Shown in pieces: positions 23,670 to 36,520 of a stretch of DNA of 64,000 nt (the first letter of the stretch is position 1; each line of letters starts with the position of its first letter). The translations under genes were made by a program, and so were the position numbers. The notes beneath the pieces are model-generated. The model worked only from the letters and a program-made list of their open reading frames with translations. It was not told the origin of the DNA and did not search any database. Origin of the DNA: Chiloscyllium plagiosum (Eukaryota); the NCBI RefSeq assembly GCF_004010195.1, contig NC_057719.1, forward strand, positions 9,463,112 through 9,527,111, read 5' to 3'.

Positions 23670-23946
23670 GTAGTATCCCGACAGTGTGGAAAAAGGCCCA
23701 TCGAGTCCACATCGACCCTCCGAGGTGTAGCCAACCTCCCTACCCTATCCCAGTAACACCGCATTTCCCATGGCCAATCCACCGAACCTGCACATCTTTG
23801 TGGGAGGAAACCGAAGCACCTGGAGGAAACCCACACAGACACGGGGAGAATGTACAAACTCCACACGGGCAGTCACCCGAGGCTGGAATCGAACCTGGGT
23901 CCCTGGCACTGAGAGGTAGCAGTGCTAACCACGGATGCACCGTGCC
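23670..23946 (-). mobile_element. HE1-type SINE
   Basis: tRNA head and V-domain as in 22838-23156. Confidence 0.9.
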
Positions 23947-24779
23947 ATCCTTCCATATGTTCACCGTACCTCCTCCAGATCCACCTTCATTTTCTTTACT
24001 CAGGCCGTACAATGAAGGAGCAGAAGCAGGCCATTCAGCCCATCTGCTCTGCCATTCAATGAGATCATCACTAATCTGATCATCCTCAACTCCACTTCCT
24101 GCTTTTTCCCACAACTCCTGATTCCCTGACTGATTAAAAATCTCAGCTTTGACCCACCATTTATTGCACCGTCACTCTCTTTTTGCCTTACACAATCACA
24201 CTTCTTTTAAATCCCTTCTGCCTCCCGCCCTATCACAGAGCTTCCCTTTTGGTTTCCTTGACCTCTCGTTAACCATTAGCCTGTATTAAAGCCAATAAGA
24301 GCCAACACTGAGAGAAGCAGGATTGAAAGGAATAGCAACTATCTTCACCGTTTTTCTGGATCCTGTTGATGTTTCGAAAACTTGCATTTAAATTGCAAGT
24401 TGCTCATAACATCATCAGTTAACAAGCCTGGAGAAGCTAATGTACTGTGGCAGAGCCAAATTACAATGTACAGTTCCAGCTGTTGACCAATGAATGTTAA
24501 TTCAGCTCCTTCACATTGTCAGTCTCAGGCACCTCTCACTGTCAAATTCCCCTGACAGCATCAATTATGCTGTAGGTTAAAAATATTCCATCCCCTCTCC
24601 ACATTTGTTTCAATCCAATTCTTAGATTCTCAGGAAACCAGAACTGATTGAAGAAAAATAAAGAAAAGCCAGTAACATACATGATGTGAAAATCTCGTCG
24701 ACAAACAGCTAACGTAGGGAGTGTTAAGTTCCCAGTTACCCTGCGATGCTGTGGCTGGCTCTGTCACTGTTGGGACAAA

Positions 24780-25060
24780 AGGTGGTACAGTCTGAGAATA
24801 AGGGCCATACCATTCCAGAGAGATGTCAGGAAGCACTTCTACATACAAAGGGTGGTAGATGTTTGGAACTCTCTTCCACAAATGGCAATGGATGCTAGAT
24901 CAGTTGTTAGTTTTAAATCTAAGGTAGACACATTTTTTTTACAAGCAAAGGTACTAAGGGATATGGGCAAAAGAATCAGGTCACAATCGGGCCTCAATGT
25001 CATTAAATGGTAGACAGGTTCAAGGGGCCGAATGGCCTACTCCTGTTCATTTGATCTGAT
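24780..25060 (+). mobile_element. CR1 3' end fragment
   Basis: agggtggtagatgtttggaactctcttccac...gaatggcctactcctg. Confidence 0.75.
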
Positions 25061-25309
25061 ATCAAATTCACATAAACGAAAGGGAAAAGAACATCAAATA
25101 CTTTCTGTAACTGTGGCTTTATCCTTCGACCAACACTGCAAACAGAGCATCTGGCCATGAATACGTTATATTTTGTGTGGGAGATAAATAAAGGGCTGAT
25201 ATCTGTGTTGAAGACTGCTTTGACGACAGGGCTTTTAGAGAACGAGTTAATGCAGTCTCAGTCTGATTCCGTCCGCACCATTGGAATGCACAACACTGCC
25301 ACGTAGAAA

Positions 25310-25610
25310 CTTAGCAGATAGCATCAGGAGGCCAGTCGGTCCTTCACATCTGCTCCCCCGTTCAATATGATCATGGTTGAGCAGCTAACTATATATCATG
25401 TCCCTGCTTTCTTCCTATACGCTTTGACCCCTTTAGCTCTAAGGACTATATCTGACTCCTTTTTGAAAACACTTAATGTTTTAAAGCCTTGACTGCCTTT
25501 TCAGTGGCAGAGAATCCCACAGATTCACCATTCTCTGGGTGAAGAGATTTCTCCTCAGCACAGACCTAAATGACCTACCCAGTATCCTTAGACTGTAATC
25601 CCTCTTCTGG
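25310..25610 (-). mobile_element. CR1 3' end fragment
   Basis: Reverse of LRRNLFTQRMVNLW plus 3' UTR. Confidence 0.75.
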
Positions 25611-25825
25611 AAATTGTTTTCCAACCAGAAGACATGAACGCTACCTCGAGTGTTAAGTTGCTCCCCAAACCCCTTTCACTTTGATGTAAAGGAGCTCTCC
25701 ATGCAACCCTAGTGGATGCAGACTATGGGGGGCATGTCTTGTTAACAGTCCCTCACACTTCCCTTGATAAGGGAGTCAAGGGTTATGGGGCAGCAAGTAG
25801 GAAAGCAAAGACAAGCCACAATCAG

Positions 25826-26315
25826 ATCATAGAAACATAGAAACTATGAGCTGGAGTAGGCCATTCAGTCCTCATTCTTGATGAAGGGCTTTTGCCCGAA
25901 ACGTCGATTCTCCTGCTCCTTGGATGCTGTCTGATCTGCTGTGCTTTTCCAGCACTACACTCTCCATTCAGTCCTTTAAGCCAACTCCATCATTCAACAT
26001 GATCATGGCTGATCATCCAACTCAGTCCCCTGTTCCTACTTTCTCTCCATATCCTTTGATCCCTTTAGCCCTACCAACTATGAATCCCTACTTGAAACAT
26101 TCAATGTTTAGGCCTCAACTGCTCTCTGTGGTAGAGAATTCCAACGGCTCACCACCCTTTGGGTGAAGAAATGTCTCCTCATCTCAGTCCTAAATGGCCT
26201 TCCCCATATCCTCAGTGTGTGACCCCAGTTCTGGGCCGCCTGATCATCAGGAACAGGGGCTTCTTGTGTTTACATTGTCTGGGTCCTGTTAGAATTTTAC
26301 AGGTTTCTATGAGAT
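25826..26315 (-). mobile_element. CR1 3' end fragment hosting a hammerhead mini-insert
   Basis: (ctatgttt)n tail, aatggcctactccagctc, and MRRHFFTQRVV-like frame. Confidence 0.85.
25873..25963 (+). mobile_element. 91-bp Penelope family A insert (hammerhead plus short tail) with a perfect 12-bp TSD
   Basis: TSD ccattcagtcct at 25861-25872 and 25964-25975. AUUC UUGAUGA AGGGC-UUUU-GCCC GAAAC GUC (core C3 changed to U). Confidence 0.85.
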
Positions 26316-27107
26316 CAGTCAGGAGAAAATAATATAGAAATGACTTCTGGAAGGAAAATAATGCTGAAATACATTACAGATTTACAATTTACAGATGACA
26401 CAAAGGTAGGTGGAAAGGCAGGTTGCAAGAAGGATATGAATAGTTTACAGAAAAATATTGATAGTTTAAGTAAGTGGGCATAAAAGTTGGCAAAGACATA
26501 TAATGTGGGAACTTGTTCATTTTGTAAGGGAGAATAAAGGAACAGAGTATTATTTAAATGGAGAAAAACTGCGGGACGCTGCAACACAAAGTGACTTGGG
26601 GCTACTCATATGCAAAACACAGAAAGCTAGCACTCAGGTAATCAGGAAGGCCAATGGAATGTTAGCACTTATTTCAAGTGGACTTGGAGTATAAGAGTTG
26701 GGAAGTCCTACTGCAATTGTACAAGATGCTGGTGAGACTGCATCTGGAGTACTGGGTGCAGTTTTGTTCCCCTCATTTAAGAAAAAATATCATTTCATTG
26801 GAGGCAGCTCAGAAGAGGGATCCTTAGTGTGGAGGGATTGTCTTTTAAACAAAGCTTAAACAGATTGGGACTCTATTCACTAGAATTTAGAGCAACGCGA
26901 GGTGATATTATAGAAACTTATTGGCTTCTTAATGGGCTTGATAGGGTAAATGCTGAGAGGATGCTTTCCCCATGGGAGAGTCTGGGATAAGAGGCCATCG
27001 TGTCAAAATAAAGGAGAGCCAACTTAAGGCTGAGATGAGGAGGAATATCTTCTCTCAGAGGGTTGAGAGTCTTTGGACTCCTTGTCACAGTAAATTGTGA
27101 AAGACAG

Positions 27108-27226
27108 AAAAAAGTATAGATGCTGGAATTCAAGGTAGACAGGCAGGGGGCTGGGAGAACACAGCAATACAGGCAACATCAGGAGGCGGAGAAGTCAATG
27201 TTTCGGGTGTAAACCTTCTTCAGGAA
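27108..27226 (-). mobile_element. Penelope terminal-repeat insert with a hammerhead-like motif
   Basis: agatgctgga...aatgtttcgggtgtaaaccttcttcaggaa (minus: CUGAAGA..GAAA). Confidence 0.65.
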
Positions 27227-27303
27227 AGTTGTGGGGGCAGAGTCCTTGTGTATATTTAAGGCTGAGATGGATAGATTCATAATCCTTCGGGAAAGTAAGG
27301 GTT

Positions 27304-27399
27304 AACAGTCAATAGTGTGGCACTGGAAAAAGCACAGCAGGTAAGGAGCACCTGAGGAGCAAGAGAGTCGACATTTCAGGCATAACCCTTCATCAGGAA
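27304..27399 (-). mobile_element. Penelope family A insert with a hammerhead motif
   Basis: Minus strand: UUC CUGAUGA AGGGUUAUGCCU GAAA UGUC GAC. Confidence 0.7.
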
Positions 27400-28431
27400 A
27401 GGATAGGAAAGTGGACATGAGAAATGCTGGATCAGTCACGATCCTTTTTAATGGTGGAGGAGCTTTGAATTGCAAAATGGACTACTCTTGTTCCTATTTC
27501 TTGTAGGCCTTACAAACCCCCCTCATTTTTCCTGAACTCCAGTGACTATAATCCATACAGATCAGTCAGGATCTTACTGAGCAGCAGAATGGGCTTGAGC
27601 AACTGAATATTCTGCTCCTGTTTCCTATGATCTGATGGTGACATTCTCAAAGAAGTACATCAACAGCTACCCAATTGATTAGGATGTAGGAAGGTCATAC
27701 TGGGATGAGAATAATTGGAAGTATTTCTAACATCGGAGTTCTGTATACTCATAACAGATTGGCAGTGGGCCTTTATTCAAAGAGCTATGAGAACAATTTC
27801 AAAAATAAATGATTGGAATCATAATTCTTTTCCACCTTCCTCCCCAGAAGACACAATAATAAACTGAACTGTGGCTATCCCTGACCATGATTGTTTTATT
27901 TCTCTCTGCATTGGATCTGTCTCATTTCTATTTGCAGTATTTCATTAAAAAGGAGCTGCCCTCGTGAAATCTCTGCAATTTGCAAAGAAATCGAATGCAA
28001 CTGTTCCTTGACTTCAAAGATATATGACCAGGATTTGGTGTCATTAATAACTTAAAACTTGTGCTGCCTGGCCTTCTGAAAACTGCATTTACTCCTGTCA
28101 TAATGTGATGCTGTGATAGCGAGCGCATGATTTCCAATAGGGGAGAGCCAGACACAGATGGGGAGAAAAGCAAAATCCACCTATACCGATCTTTGAAGAT
28201 GACCGGACAAATCGAGGAGTCCGTTTCAAAAGCGTATGATAAGGCCCTGTAACCAAATGCCTGCATGTTTTGCCCAACCTTTATAGAAGCACAGCATGTG
28301 GGCCTCAACTAGATTATTGAATGCTTTTTCCACACTTTAGACAGGATGTCAAGGCATTGGCGAGGGTTCAGAGGGTACTTACTGCAAACCTACCAGGGAC
28401 TAGAGGTTTCAGTGATATCGAGACACCAAAG

Positions 28432-28599
28432 TCAGAAGTCACACAACACCAGGTTATAGTCTAACAGGTTTATTTGAAATCACCAGCTTTCAGAGCGCTC
28501 CAAAGCTTGTGATTTCGAATAAACCTGTTAGACTATAACCTGGTGCCTAGGGACTTCTGACCTTGTCCACCCCAGTCCAACACTGGCACCTCCACATCA
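28432..28599. mobile_element. Fold-back Penelope mini-element (family B variant) inside a degenerate CR1 (about 28340-28960)
   Basis: Inverted arms caccaggttatagtctaacaggtttatt / aataaacctgttagactataacctggtg. TSD gagacaccaaag / gagataccaaag. Confidence 0.85.
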
Positions 28600-29317
28600 G
28601 AGATACCAAAGAGGTAGGGATTGTTGCCCCTCGGATTTGGAGGGTTAAGGGGAAAATAAACAGTAATGTTCAAAAAACTACAAACCAGTGAGGATCTAGA
28701 AACTGTTCACTCACATAAAAGTTGGTCACGTGGACATGCAAGAAAATCGCCAAATTGGAAAACGAGGACAATTTTTTTAAATGCAGTCAGTAGTTATGAC
28801 ACGAGGAAGCTGCTTTTAATTGTTATTTTTAAAAGTGGATTGGACATGTACTTGAAAAGGAACTATGTCAGGTTCTATTAATGAAGTGGGATAAACTGTA
28901 TAGCTTTACCAAATAGCTGGTGTAGACAAAATAGGCTGAATAGTTTTTTTGTGCCAATAAAGCCAATGAGTTTGTTTGTCGCTGGAATCCAAATTGGTCA
29001 TGTCCAATATACTGCGCAGTCCCATCCACTCTCTTTGTTATAATTATCAACACAATCTCCAAGGCATGTGCAATCAGTCCAAATGGATGGGAGGTGAGAG
29101 CAAAAGCAGAGAATATACATATCTCTTTGATTGCAGATGGACTAACACAAAACAGCTATAAACTCTCCAGTCGCTTCAACTCCAGGGATCACACTGAACA
29201 AAAGAAGAGATTAAAATTTAACCGGTGATAGACATGAGTGAATGGACATTTATAAGCTTCCATTGTATCATGGTTTCAAGTTTCAGAAGTGTTCACCATA
29301 AACATCACCCCATTGTA

Positions 29318-29434
29318 GGAACAAATTACTGCAAATGCTAGAATCTGAACTAAAAACAAATAATTCTGGAGATCACAATGGGTCATCCATAGATGCTGCC
29401 TGACCTGCTGTGATCTCCAGCATTTTTGTTTTCA
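29318..29434. mobile_element. Short fold-back Penelope terminal-repeat remnant
   Basis: aaaacaaa..ctggagatcaca is inverted against tgtgatctccag..tttgtttt. Confidence 0.6.
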
Positions 29435-29732
29435 CGAAACTTTGGATAACAACTTTGCACTTACAAAGGTCGCATGGTGAAAAAGCCATGTTTTCTGCCT
29501 GATTTTTACAAATTAGCGCTAGCTGTCTGCCTGTGGTTTCACCAGAAAACAATTGACCAACATCTCAATTGACAAAAGGCCAGACCACAAAATAGCTTTA
29601 AGTAACCAAACAGCCAAAGTAATTGTCAAAGGGAGATCCAAACAGAGAAAAGGATTGCTGTTTCCTGTTTGACATTTGAGTTCGTCTGAGAAGCAACCCT
29701 CACAAATTGCTGAGAATCACTTGCTTTACAAG

Positions 29733-29942
29733 ATTAAAATCCACACAACACCAGGCAATAGTCCAACAGGTTTATTCAGAAGCACTAGCTTTTGGATTGC
29801 TGCTCCTTCAGCCACAACCACCTGATGAAAGACCTGCGCTCTGAAAGCTGGTGCTTCCGAATAAACCTGTTGGACTATAACCTGGTGTGGTGTGATTTTT
29901 AACTTTGTACACCCCAGTCCAACACCGGCACCTCCAAATCAC
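29733..29942. mobile_element. Fold-back Penelope mini-element (family B) with an 11-bp TSD
   Basis: Inverted arms; TSD tgctttacaag at 29722-29732 and 29943-29953. Plus-strand CUGAUGA...GAAA at 29822-29847. Confidence 0.85.
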
Positions 29943-30709
29943 TGCTTTACAAGCCATTTCAAAGCCTTGAAAACCATCTTAGAAACTTCACTCCGACCAT
30001 GAGGGAGACCAAAGATCATAAGGTAGAGACTGTGATAATTCTAGTCTGCAATATCACATTCACCTGTGCCTATTTTTTGAGTGAGTGTGTCTTTCTGTGA
30101 GACATTGTATTTAAAATCAGCCTAAGTGTGTGGGAACAAATCAGCTTTTCTGTTTTACTCAGTAAAGCTTGTTGAAGTTCAATTAAAGTATACAATCCAA
30201 ATGGGAAGAGTATATGCACCTCCCTCGTGCAAAACATACCGAGGTGACAAGAAAACACGAACATCCTGATCATGACACTTCACAAACTGATTGATGTTGT
30301 CTAGCTGCTAACTTCAAGAACACAACAGAAGGTTCCCCACCCCGGTGTGGTGTGAGTAAAGTCAAGAGAGGTGGGAAAATGCAAAAGGAGCAAAAATAAA
30401 TCAGAATTTCAATCCTGAAAAAAATCATGTGTGATTCTTCCCTCAAGCCTTTGAGTGGTGACCACCTTAGTTCAGGATAACAGTCACTGAACCCAAAACA
30501 TTGACTCTGCTTTCTCTCCACAGATGTTGCCAGATCTGCCGAGTTACTCCTGCAATTTCTGTTTTTCCTTTAGATTTCCAGCTTCTGCAACTCTTTGTTT
30601 TACCTTATTTCCAGAGGCTAGCAATACTGAAGCGAGTAACTCATCTCCTGATTTCCCAAAGCCTGTTCACCATCGACGAGGTACAAACCAGGACTATAAT
30701 GAAATACTG

Positions 30710-30800
30710 TCAAGATTAGAGTGGTGCTGGAAAAACACAGCAGGTCAGGCAGCATCTGAGGTGCAGGAAAATCGATGTTTTGGGCAAAAGCCCTTCATCA
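30710..30800 (-). mobile_element. Penelope family A insert ending inside the hammerhead core
   Basis: gtggtgctggaaaaacacagcaggtcaggcagcatc...gggcaaaagcccttcatca. Confidence 0.8.
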
Positions 30801-30904
30801 TACTTCCCACTTACCTGGACAGGTGCAGTTCTGAAAACACTTAAGCAGCCTGCCTGATTGGCACCATGACTACATGCATTCACTCCCTCCACTACTGACA
30901 TTCA

Positions 30905-31124
30905 ATAGCATTCCCTACAGTGTGGAAACAGGCTCTTCAGTCCAACAAGTCCACGCCAACCCTCCGAAGAGTAACCCACCCAGACCCATTCCCCTACCCT
31001 ATATTTACCCTGACTAATGCACCTAGCACTGTGGGCAATTTAGCATGACCAATTCACCTGGCCTGCACATCTTTGGATTGTGGGAGGAAACCGGAGCACC
31101 CAGAGGAAATCCACACAGACACGG
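30905..31124 (-). mobile_element. 5'-truncated HE1-type SINE
   Basis: V-domain and tail ctgtttccacactgtaggga. Confidence 0.85.
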
Positions 31125-32029
31125 GTTGTATGACTTTTAACTTTTACCATCTACAAGGTGGAAAAATTCACTGAAGATCCTTACAGAGCACCTTCCAAAC
31201 CTATGACCACTTGCAACTAGAAGGACAGGAGCAGCAGGTATGGGAACACCACCACATGCAAGTTCACCTCCAAGGCACTCACCTTCCTGACTTGGAAATA
31301 TATTGCCGTTCCTTCACTGTCACTGGGCCAAAATCCTGGATTTTCCTCTCTAAGGGCATTTTGGGTCCAGCACGTGGACTGCAGCGGTTCAAGAAGACAG
31401 GTCACTGCCTCTTTCCGAGGGGCAATCAGGGACAGGCAATAAATGCTGGGCCCAGCCAGCAACACTCGCATCCCACGAGTGAATAAAAGAAAAAAAACAC
31501 GCACATTGACATGACTGAGTGAGTACTCAGGATAAACTATCAACACTTCTCTTGCAAATTATATTTCATCAGACGCAAAGCAATTTGGTCAAACAATGAT
31601 GACAGGTTCATCTTGGTTGTTTAAGCTGACAGCACACTCTTTTTGTCAATCCTTCGCAAAATAAGAAACATTGAAATGCGTCGCTGGGCAACCGTGTTGA
31701 GAGACTTTCCTTCCAAGTGTCAATTTGTCAAATTTCAAATTTGCTACCAGATCGTGTAATGTTCCACTAGACTGGAACTGTTTCTTTATATTCTGGCATG
31801 GAGTACATGTATTGCTGGCAAGGCCCATATCTACTGCTTTTCCCAAATTGTCTTTGGGAGGGGAGTAATGAGCTGCCTTCTTGAAGTCGGCAGGCCTTCG
31901 CTGTTGGAGAGATTTTCAACTTGTTTGGACTTACCAAGGACAAACAGTTCATAATATAGTGCAGTATCCTGATGCACGACAGCACTTCAAGCTACGAGCC
32001 ACACCCTGGTTGAATTCGGCGAAGGCGTG

Positions 32030-32310
32030 GCAGGTTTAAAACAGAGATGAGGAGAAGTCACTTTGCTCAAAGGGCTGGCAATCTGTGGGCGTTTACTACC
32101 CCAGGTTGTGCTGGATGCTTAAGGAGGAGATTGAATAAACTTAAGGAAGAGATAGAAACATTTTTAAGATTGTAATGGAATGAAGGGTTATGGGAAATGG
32201 GCAGGAAAGTGGAGTTGAGACTAAGATGTGATCAGCCATGATCTTATTGAAGAGCAGAACAGTTTCATGGAACTGAATGGCCTCCTCCTATTCCTCATTC
32301 TTATGAATAG
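32030..32310 (+). mobile_element. CR1 3' end fragment
   Basis: tttaaaacagagatgaggag...tcagccatgatcttattgaa...aatggcctcctcct. Confidence 0.75.
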
Positions 32311-32499
32311 TGCAGCAGGCGAGCGGATCCAAATTGCCCACTCCTGTCTCTATCTCCTATGTTCCTTAGCAGCAGTGTTACAGGGCAATGAATATACCTG
32401 TTCACATTCTTCTATAGTTTGACCCATCTCATTCCTGATATTTGTCAGAGAGGGAAAGGGGAGAAAAGTTTTGAATTTATATAGTGCCTTTGCTCTGTG

Positions 32500-32895
32500 G
32501 AAACCCTGTGATGCAGAAGATTGACCTGTTCAAGCCTCTAATTCATATATATGAACACACAAGCTCCAGAGCAATACAGAGGGAACACTGCCCTGTCAGA
32601 ATGTGTGCGACTTTAGTGAGGCATCTGGGTCTTCATCTGCCTTTTCAGGTTGTCATACAGGACCACAGACGACCTTAAAGAAATGCAGGAAAGTTCTGCC
32701 GCCGTCCCGGCCAATACTTATTGCTTGATCAACATCAGTCACGATAACTTATCTGGTCATAACCACTCTCCAAAAACCTGGCTACTGCACTTCCTACGTT
32801 ACAGTGGTTACTGCCCTTCCAAATATCACGCTGCCTTTAAAGGAGTTGAGGTAGACTGGGATCCTGACAAACAGATGTGCATAAATGCAGGATTT
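32500..32895 (+). mobile_element. Old DeuSINE (SacSINE1-like) copy
   Basis: gtcccggccaatac, ttatctggtcat, ttcctacgttacagtggttac and an L2-like tail ataaatgcag. Confidence 0.6.
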
Positions 32896-34375
32896 GCTGT
32901 TCTGTGTGCCCCGTATCTTGTTGCTCTTTTGCTTATCATTAGGTTCATCCCTTGCCTGCTCTTCAACCCCATCTTTCATAGAGCTGCAGATGAAAAGGGC
33001 ATAAACTAAGAGTGCATGAGTAGAACATTCTTGCATTTCCGAAGACAAAGAAGGGTGTGGAGATATCTGTCTGTGCATTCCTCGCACCGATGCCACGAGG
33101 ACATCTTTGGTCTTTAACAATCGACTGAAATGTCACACCCCCACTGCTTGAAGGGAGTGAGGTTACAAACTCCAACACTCTGCGGCATGTAGTCGTTTGG
33201 TGATTCAGAACTTTGAGGATTTCTCGAAAGCATCGCATTTTGCCAAAGCTTTTTGCCTTGTACTCATCAGGAAGATTCCCCAAGGTAGAGTGAAATCAAC
33301 ATTTATAATAACTGAGAGGAGAGTGCTCAACTTAACAAAATAGGTGACAGCCATTTCTCAAAGCAATGCCTGGACCGATCACAGGCAAACTGCTTGGCAG
33401 TTAACTGTCACCCATCATCAGTTGGGTCATTCTCCATGGTAACACCACCTCTCGAGTCTGCTTCCCAATCAATGATAACTCTCTTGTCATGCAGTGTAAA
33501 CCCTATTTTCCTGTTTGCATTGTCCCTTTAAGTTCAAATTGAATGTTTTTGACAATATTGTGTTTTTTTTCTCAACAATATTCAAACTCTATGATGCATA
33601 ATGGCCCGTGGTTCAGTCTGCCTTCTTCAGTACTGTATTGGGAATGTGTGCAAATTCTACTAAATGCTTTCGTTGCAAAATAACATTTGAGTAATATGTC
33701 CCAGGTGCATTCAAATAACTGATGCAACCGATTAGCTCATATCAGTCAGTTAAAGTGGATGCAGGGCTTTAAAAGCTTCTGTGGGCTCGTAATTAAAGGA
33801 GATGAGATCGCATCTTGTAAGACATGGTTAGCAGAAGTCCTTAACCACAACACAATGTGAAGGGTGAGCAGTGCAGCAATTAATCTTCCAATGTGAACAG
33901 AGTGTTGATGTCCATGTTGCCCACAATTAGAAAGGTGGTTGACATATTACTCTCTCTGCCCTTGTGTTGGCATTGAACTTTTCTCTGGCAGTGATCTTCA
34001 GCTCTCAGGATGAGGGAGAAGGGACATGCAGGATCAATGCTATTTGCAGTATCTTCTGTCTAACTGATACACACATTTTCGAGGCTTCATTTTCGTGCAC
34101 TCTTTTCATCCCTGACTAAGGTAGAGAGCTTCATACTGATAAGATATTGGAGGTACGTGAGTAGCAGGCACAATCTGAACACCATGTTTCACTGCTCTGA
34201 GTTCCACGTCATGCTGAATCCCATTCAGAAATAACACCATTACCCTCACCCAAAACATCACGCTGCTCTTTCCAGCCCTTTTCTCAATTCCCCCTTAAAT
34301 GGGGACTTTTTTGACTCCTCCACTTGATTTCTAGTTTTCCAAAGCACTGTAGAACTTCAAACAAGGAATGGGGTT

Positions 34376-34675
34376 TGCCATGGTAGCTCAGTGGTTAGCA
34401 CTGCTGCCTCACAGACTCAGGTTCAATTCCATCCGCGGGTGACTGTGTGGAGTTTGCACATTCTCTCCTGGTGCTCCTGTTTCCTCCCACAGTCCAAAGA
34501 TGTGCAGGTTAGGGTGAAGTGGCCATGCTAAGTTGTCCATTGTGCCCATAGATGTATAAGCTAGGTGGATTAACCATGGGAAATGCAGAAGTTATTAGGG
34601 AGGTGGGGTGGTCTTCTCAGGGTCGGCGTGGACTTGATCGGCCAAATGGCCTGCTGCCACACTGAGGATTCTATA
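34376..34675 (+). mobile_element. HE1-type SINE
   Basis: gctcagtggttagcactgctgcctcacag...tgtgtggagtttgcacattctc. Confidence 0.9.
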
Positions 34676-34989
34676 GGTAGGCCAGTCTGCTTAGTCTTTG
34701 AAATGGTTTAATCATGTTGCTCCCTGCTGCACCTATCTTTTAGATATTCCAAATTGCTGGAAGATTGGTGAATGTGCAGGTTTCCACTGGATAACGTAAG
34801 GGTTGTGCTCACCTAACGGCAGTGTGATGTGTGCAGCAAACGATTCTGAGTCACATAAAATTCAGAAAAAGAAGTGTTGGAGAAACTCAGCAGGTCTGGC
34901 AGCATCTTTGAGAGTGAAACAGAGCTTAAGTTTCAAGTCTGTTATAACCGCTCTCGAGAACCCATTTCTATTTCTCTCTCGACAGAGCT

Positions 34990-35630
34990 GGAGGCGATGG
35001 CCTCATGATGATATTATTCCAGAGACCCAGGTAATGTTCTGTGGAATCGGGCTCGAATCCTGAATTCAAATCTGGTTGGTTCTTAACAGCCCTCTGGGCA
35101 ATTAAGGAAGGGCAATAAATACTGGCTTAGTCAGTGACACCCATATCCCATGAATGAGCAAAACAAAATGTAGACCAGCTGAGTTTCCCCAGCACTTTCA
35201 GTACTTTTACTTCAAATCGCTAGCGTCCACTGACCGTTGCTTTTATCTGAGTCTTTTGGAGAAACAGAGGAACAAGGGAAGCAAAAACTACATGGTATTA
35301 TCGCTGAACTGTTAATCCAGACACCCAGGTAATGTTCTGGGAATCCAGGTTTGAATCCTGCCACAACAGGTGGTGGAATTTGAATTCAATAAAAATCTGG
35401 AATTAAGAGTCTAATGATGACCGTGACTCTGTGAAGTTGATTGTTGGAAAAACCCATCTAGTCACTAATGTCTTTGTGAGAAGGATAATGCCATCCTTAC
35501 CTGGTCTGGCCGACATGTGACTCCAGACCCACAGCAATGTGGTTGACTCTTAACTGCCCTCTGGGCAATTAGGGGTGGGCAATAAATGTTGGCTGAACTA
35601 GAGTTGCCCACATCTTATGAATTAATAAAG
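34990..35630 (+). mobile_element. Two tRNA-derived SINEs (LINE family 2 partner) at about 34990-35165 and 35292-35630
   Basis: Each has ccagagacccaggtaatgttctg and a gggcaataaat tail. The first sits inside a PLE fold-back remnant (about 34860-35245). Confidence 0.8.
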
Positions 35631-36520
35631 AGTGGTCCCACATTTGGAAGCAAATGGTCAAAAGGGAACATTTACTTCATCCATTTACCCATTAAATTTT
35701 GTGCCCAATCTTAGAATTTGGCTTGCGAACTGGTCTAAATCTTTTCAAAATTAGCATCTTGATGGACACCCATTTTATCATCACCACACGATTGAAGAGT
35801 AAACTTAGCACTCAGAGGCTCTGTGTTTGCTTTGAAAGTCTGCAATAAATCGTCACTTTTCCTACTTAATTCATACAAGGGCCATTACAGCTGTGTTTGA
35901 GCTTGAGGGATGGTTCCATCATCAGGGAGGCCAGTCCACAAGACAGACAATGAAAACTGACAGTTTCGTGCCACAGTTAAAATTGAAACCTGTGCAGAAA
36001 CGTTCTCAACAAATAATGAGACAAACCGAATTCAAACATCTCAGGAAATAACCCTGAGTTGTAAGCCACTGAAGTTTAACAATTCCTCAATCAATGTAGC
36101 CAAGACTGCAGCCTCAAGGCAAGCACTCTGCCTGTTGGTGATAGTTCAGACCCTGGCACTCTCTCCTTCAGACCACAGGTTCATTTCCACTCAGAAAGAT
36201 TCCCCTCATACATTTACTTCTGACTGCTCCAAAAATCAGTAAATTTCCAATTGAAAGACGTTCTATTTAGACTATCCATCAGCACACTCAAACTCATAAA
36301 AGCCATGCACAAGAAGGTAATCAGGGGAAACCGAACAATTCACAGGAAGAAAGCACCATATTGATTGTAGGATTTTATGTGTTGGTTTATACTATAAATT
36401 CGAACTGCAAACATAAGGTGATTGATGGCTCCTTGGGCACCGCTCAAGCTTAAAGCAAACTATGCGCAGGTTGCCTGAAGGTCACATAGCTATAACAAAC
36501 AAATGGATTTTCTCCTTTCA

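Larger units (their letters stand above)
26380..27510 (+). mobile_element. CR1 LINE 3' fragment with two PLE mini-inserts
   Basis: FTDDTKVGG, QSDLG, KANGMLA.I, LVRLHLEYWVQF, and a CR1 3' UTR. Confidence 0.9.
30610..31497 (+). mobile_element. LINE family 2 3' fragment interrupted by a PLE insert and an HE1 SINE
   Basis: ILKRVTHLLISQSLFTI; same 3' tail as 5540-5610. Confidence 0.8.

Noticed and set aside
27928..28308. 126-aa minus-strand ORF and a plus-strand acceptor-like ttgcag at about 27937
   Set aside because: No recognisable homology, and all plus frames after the acceptor stop early without a convincing donor.
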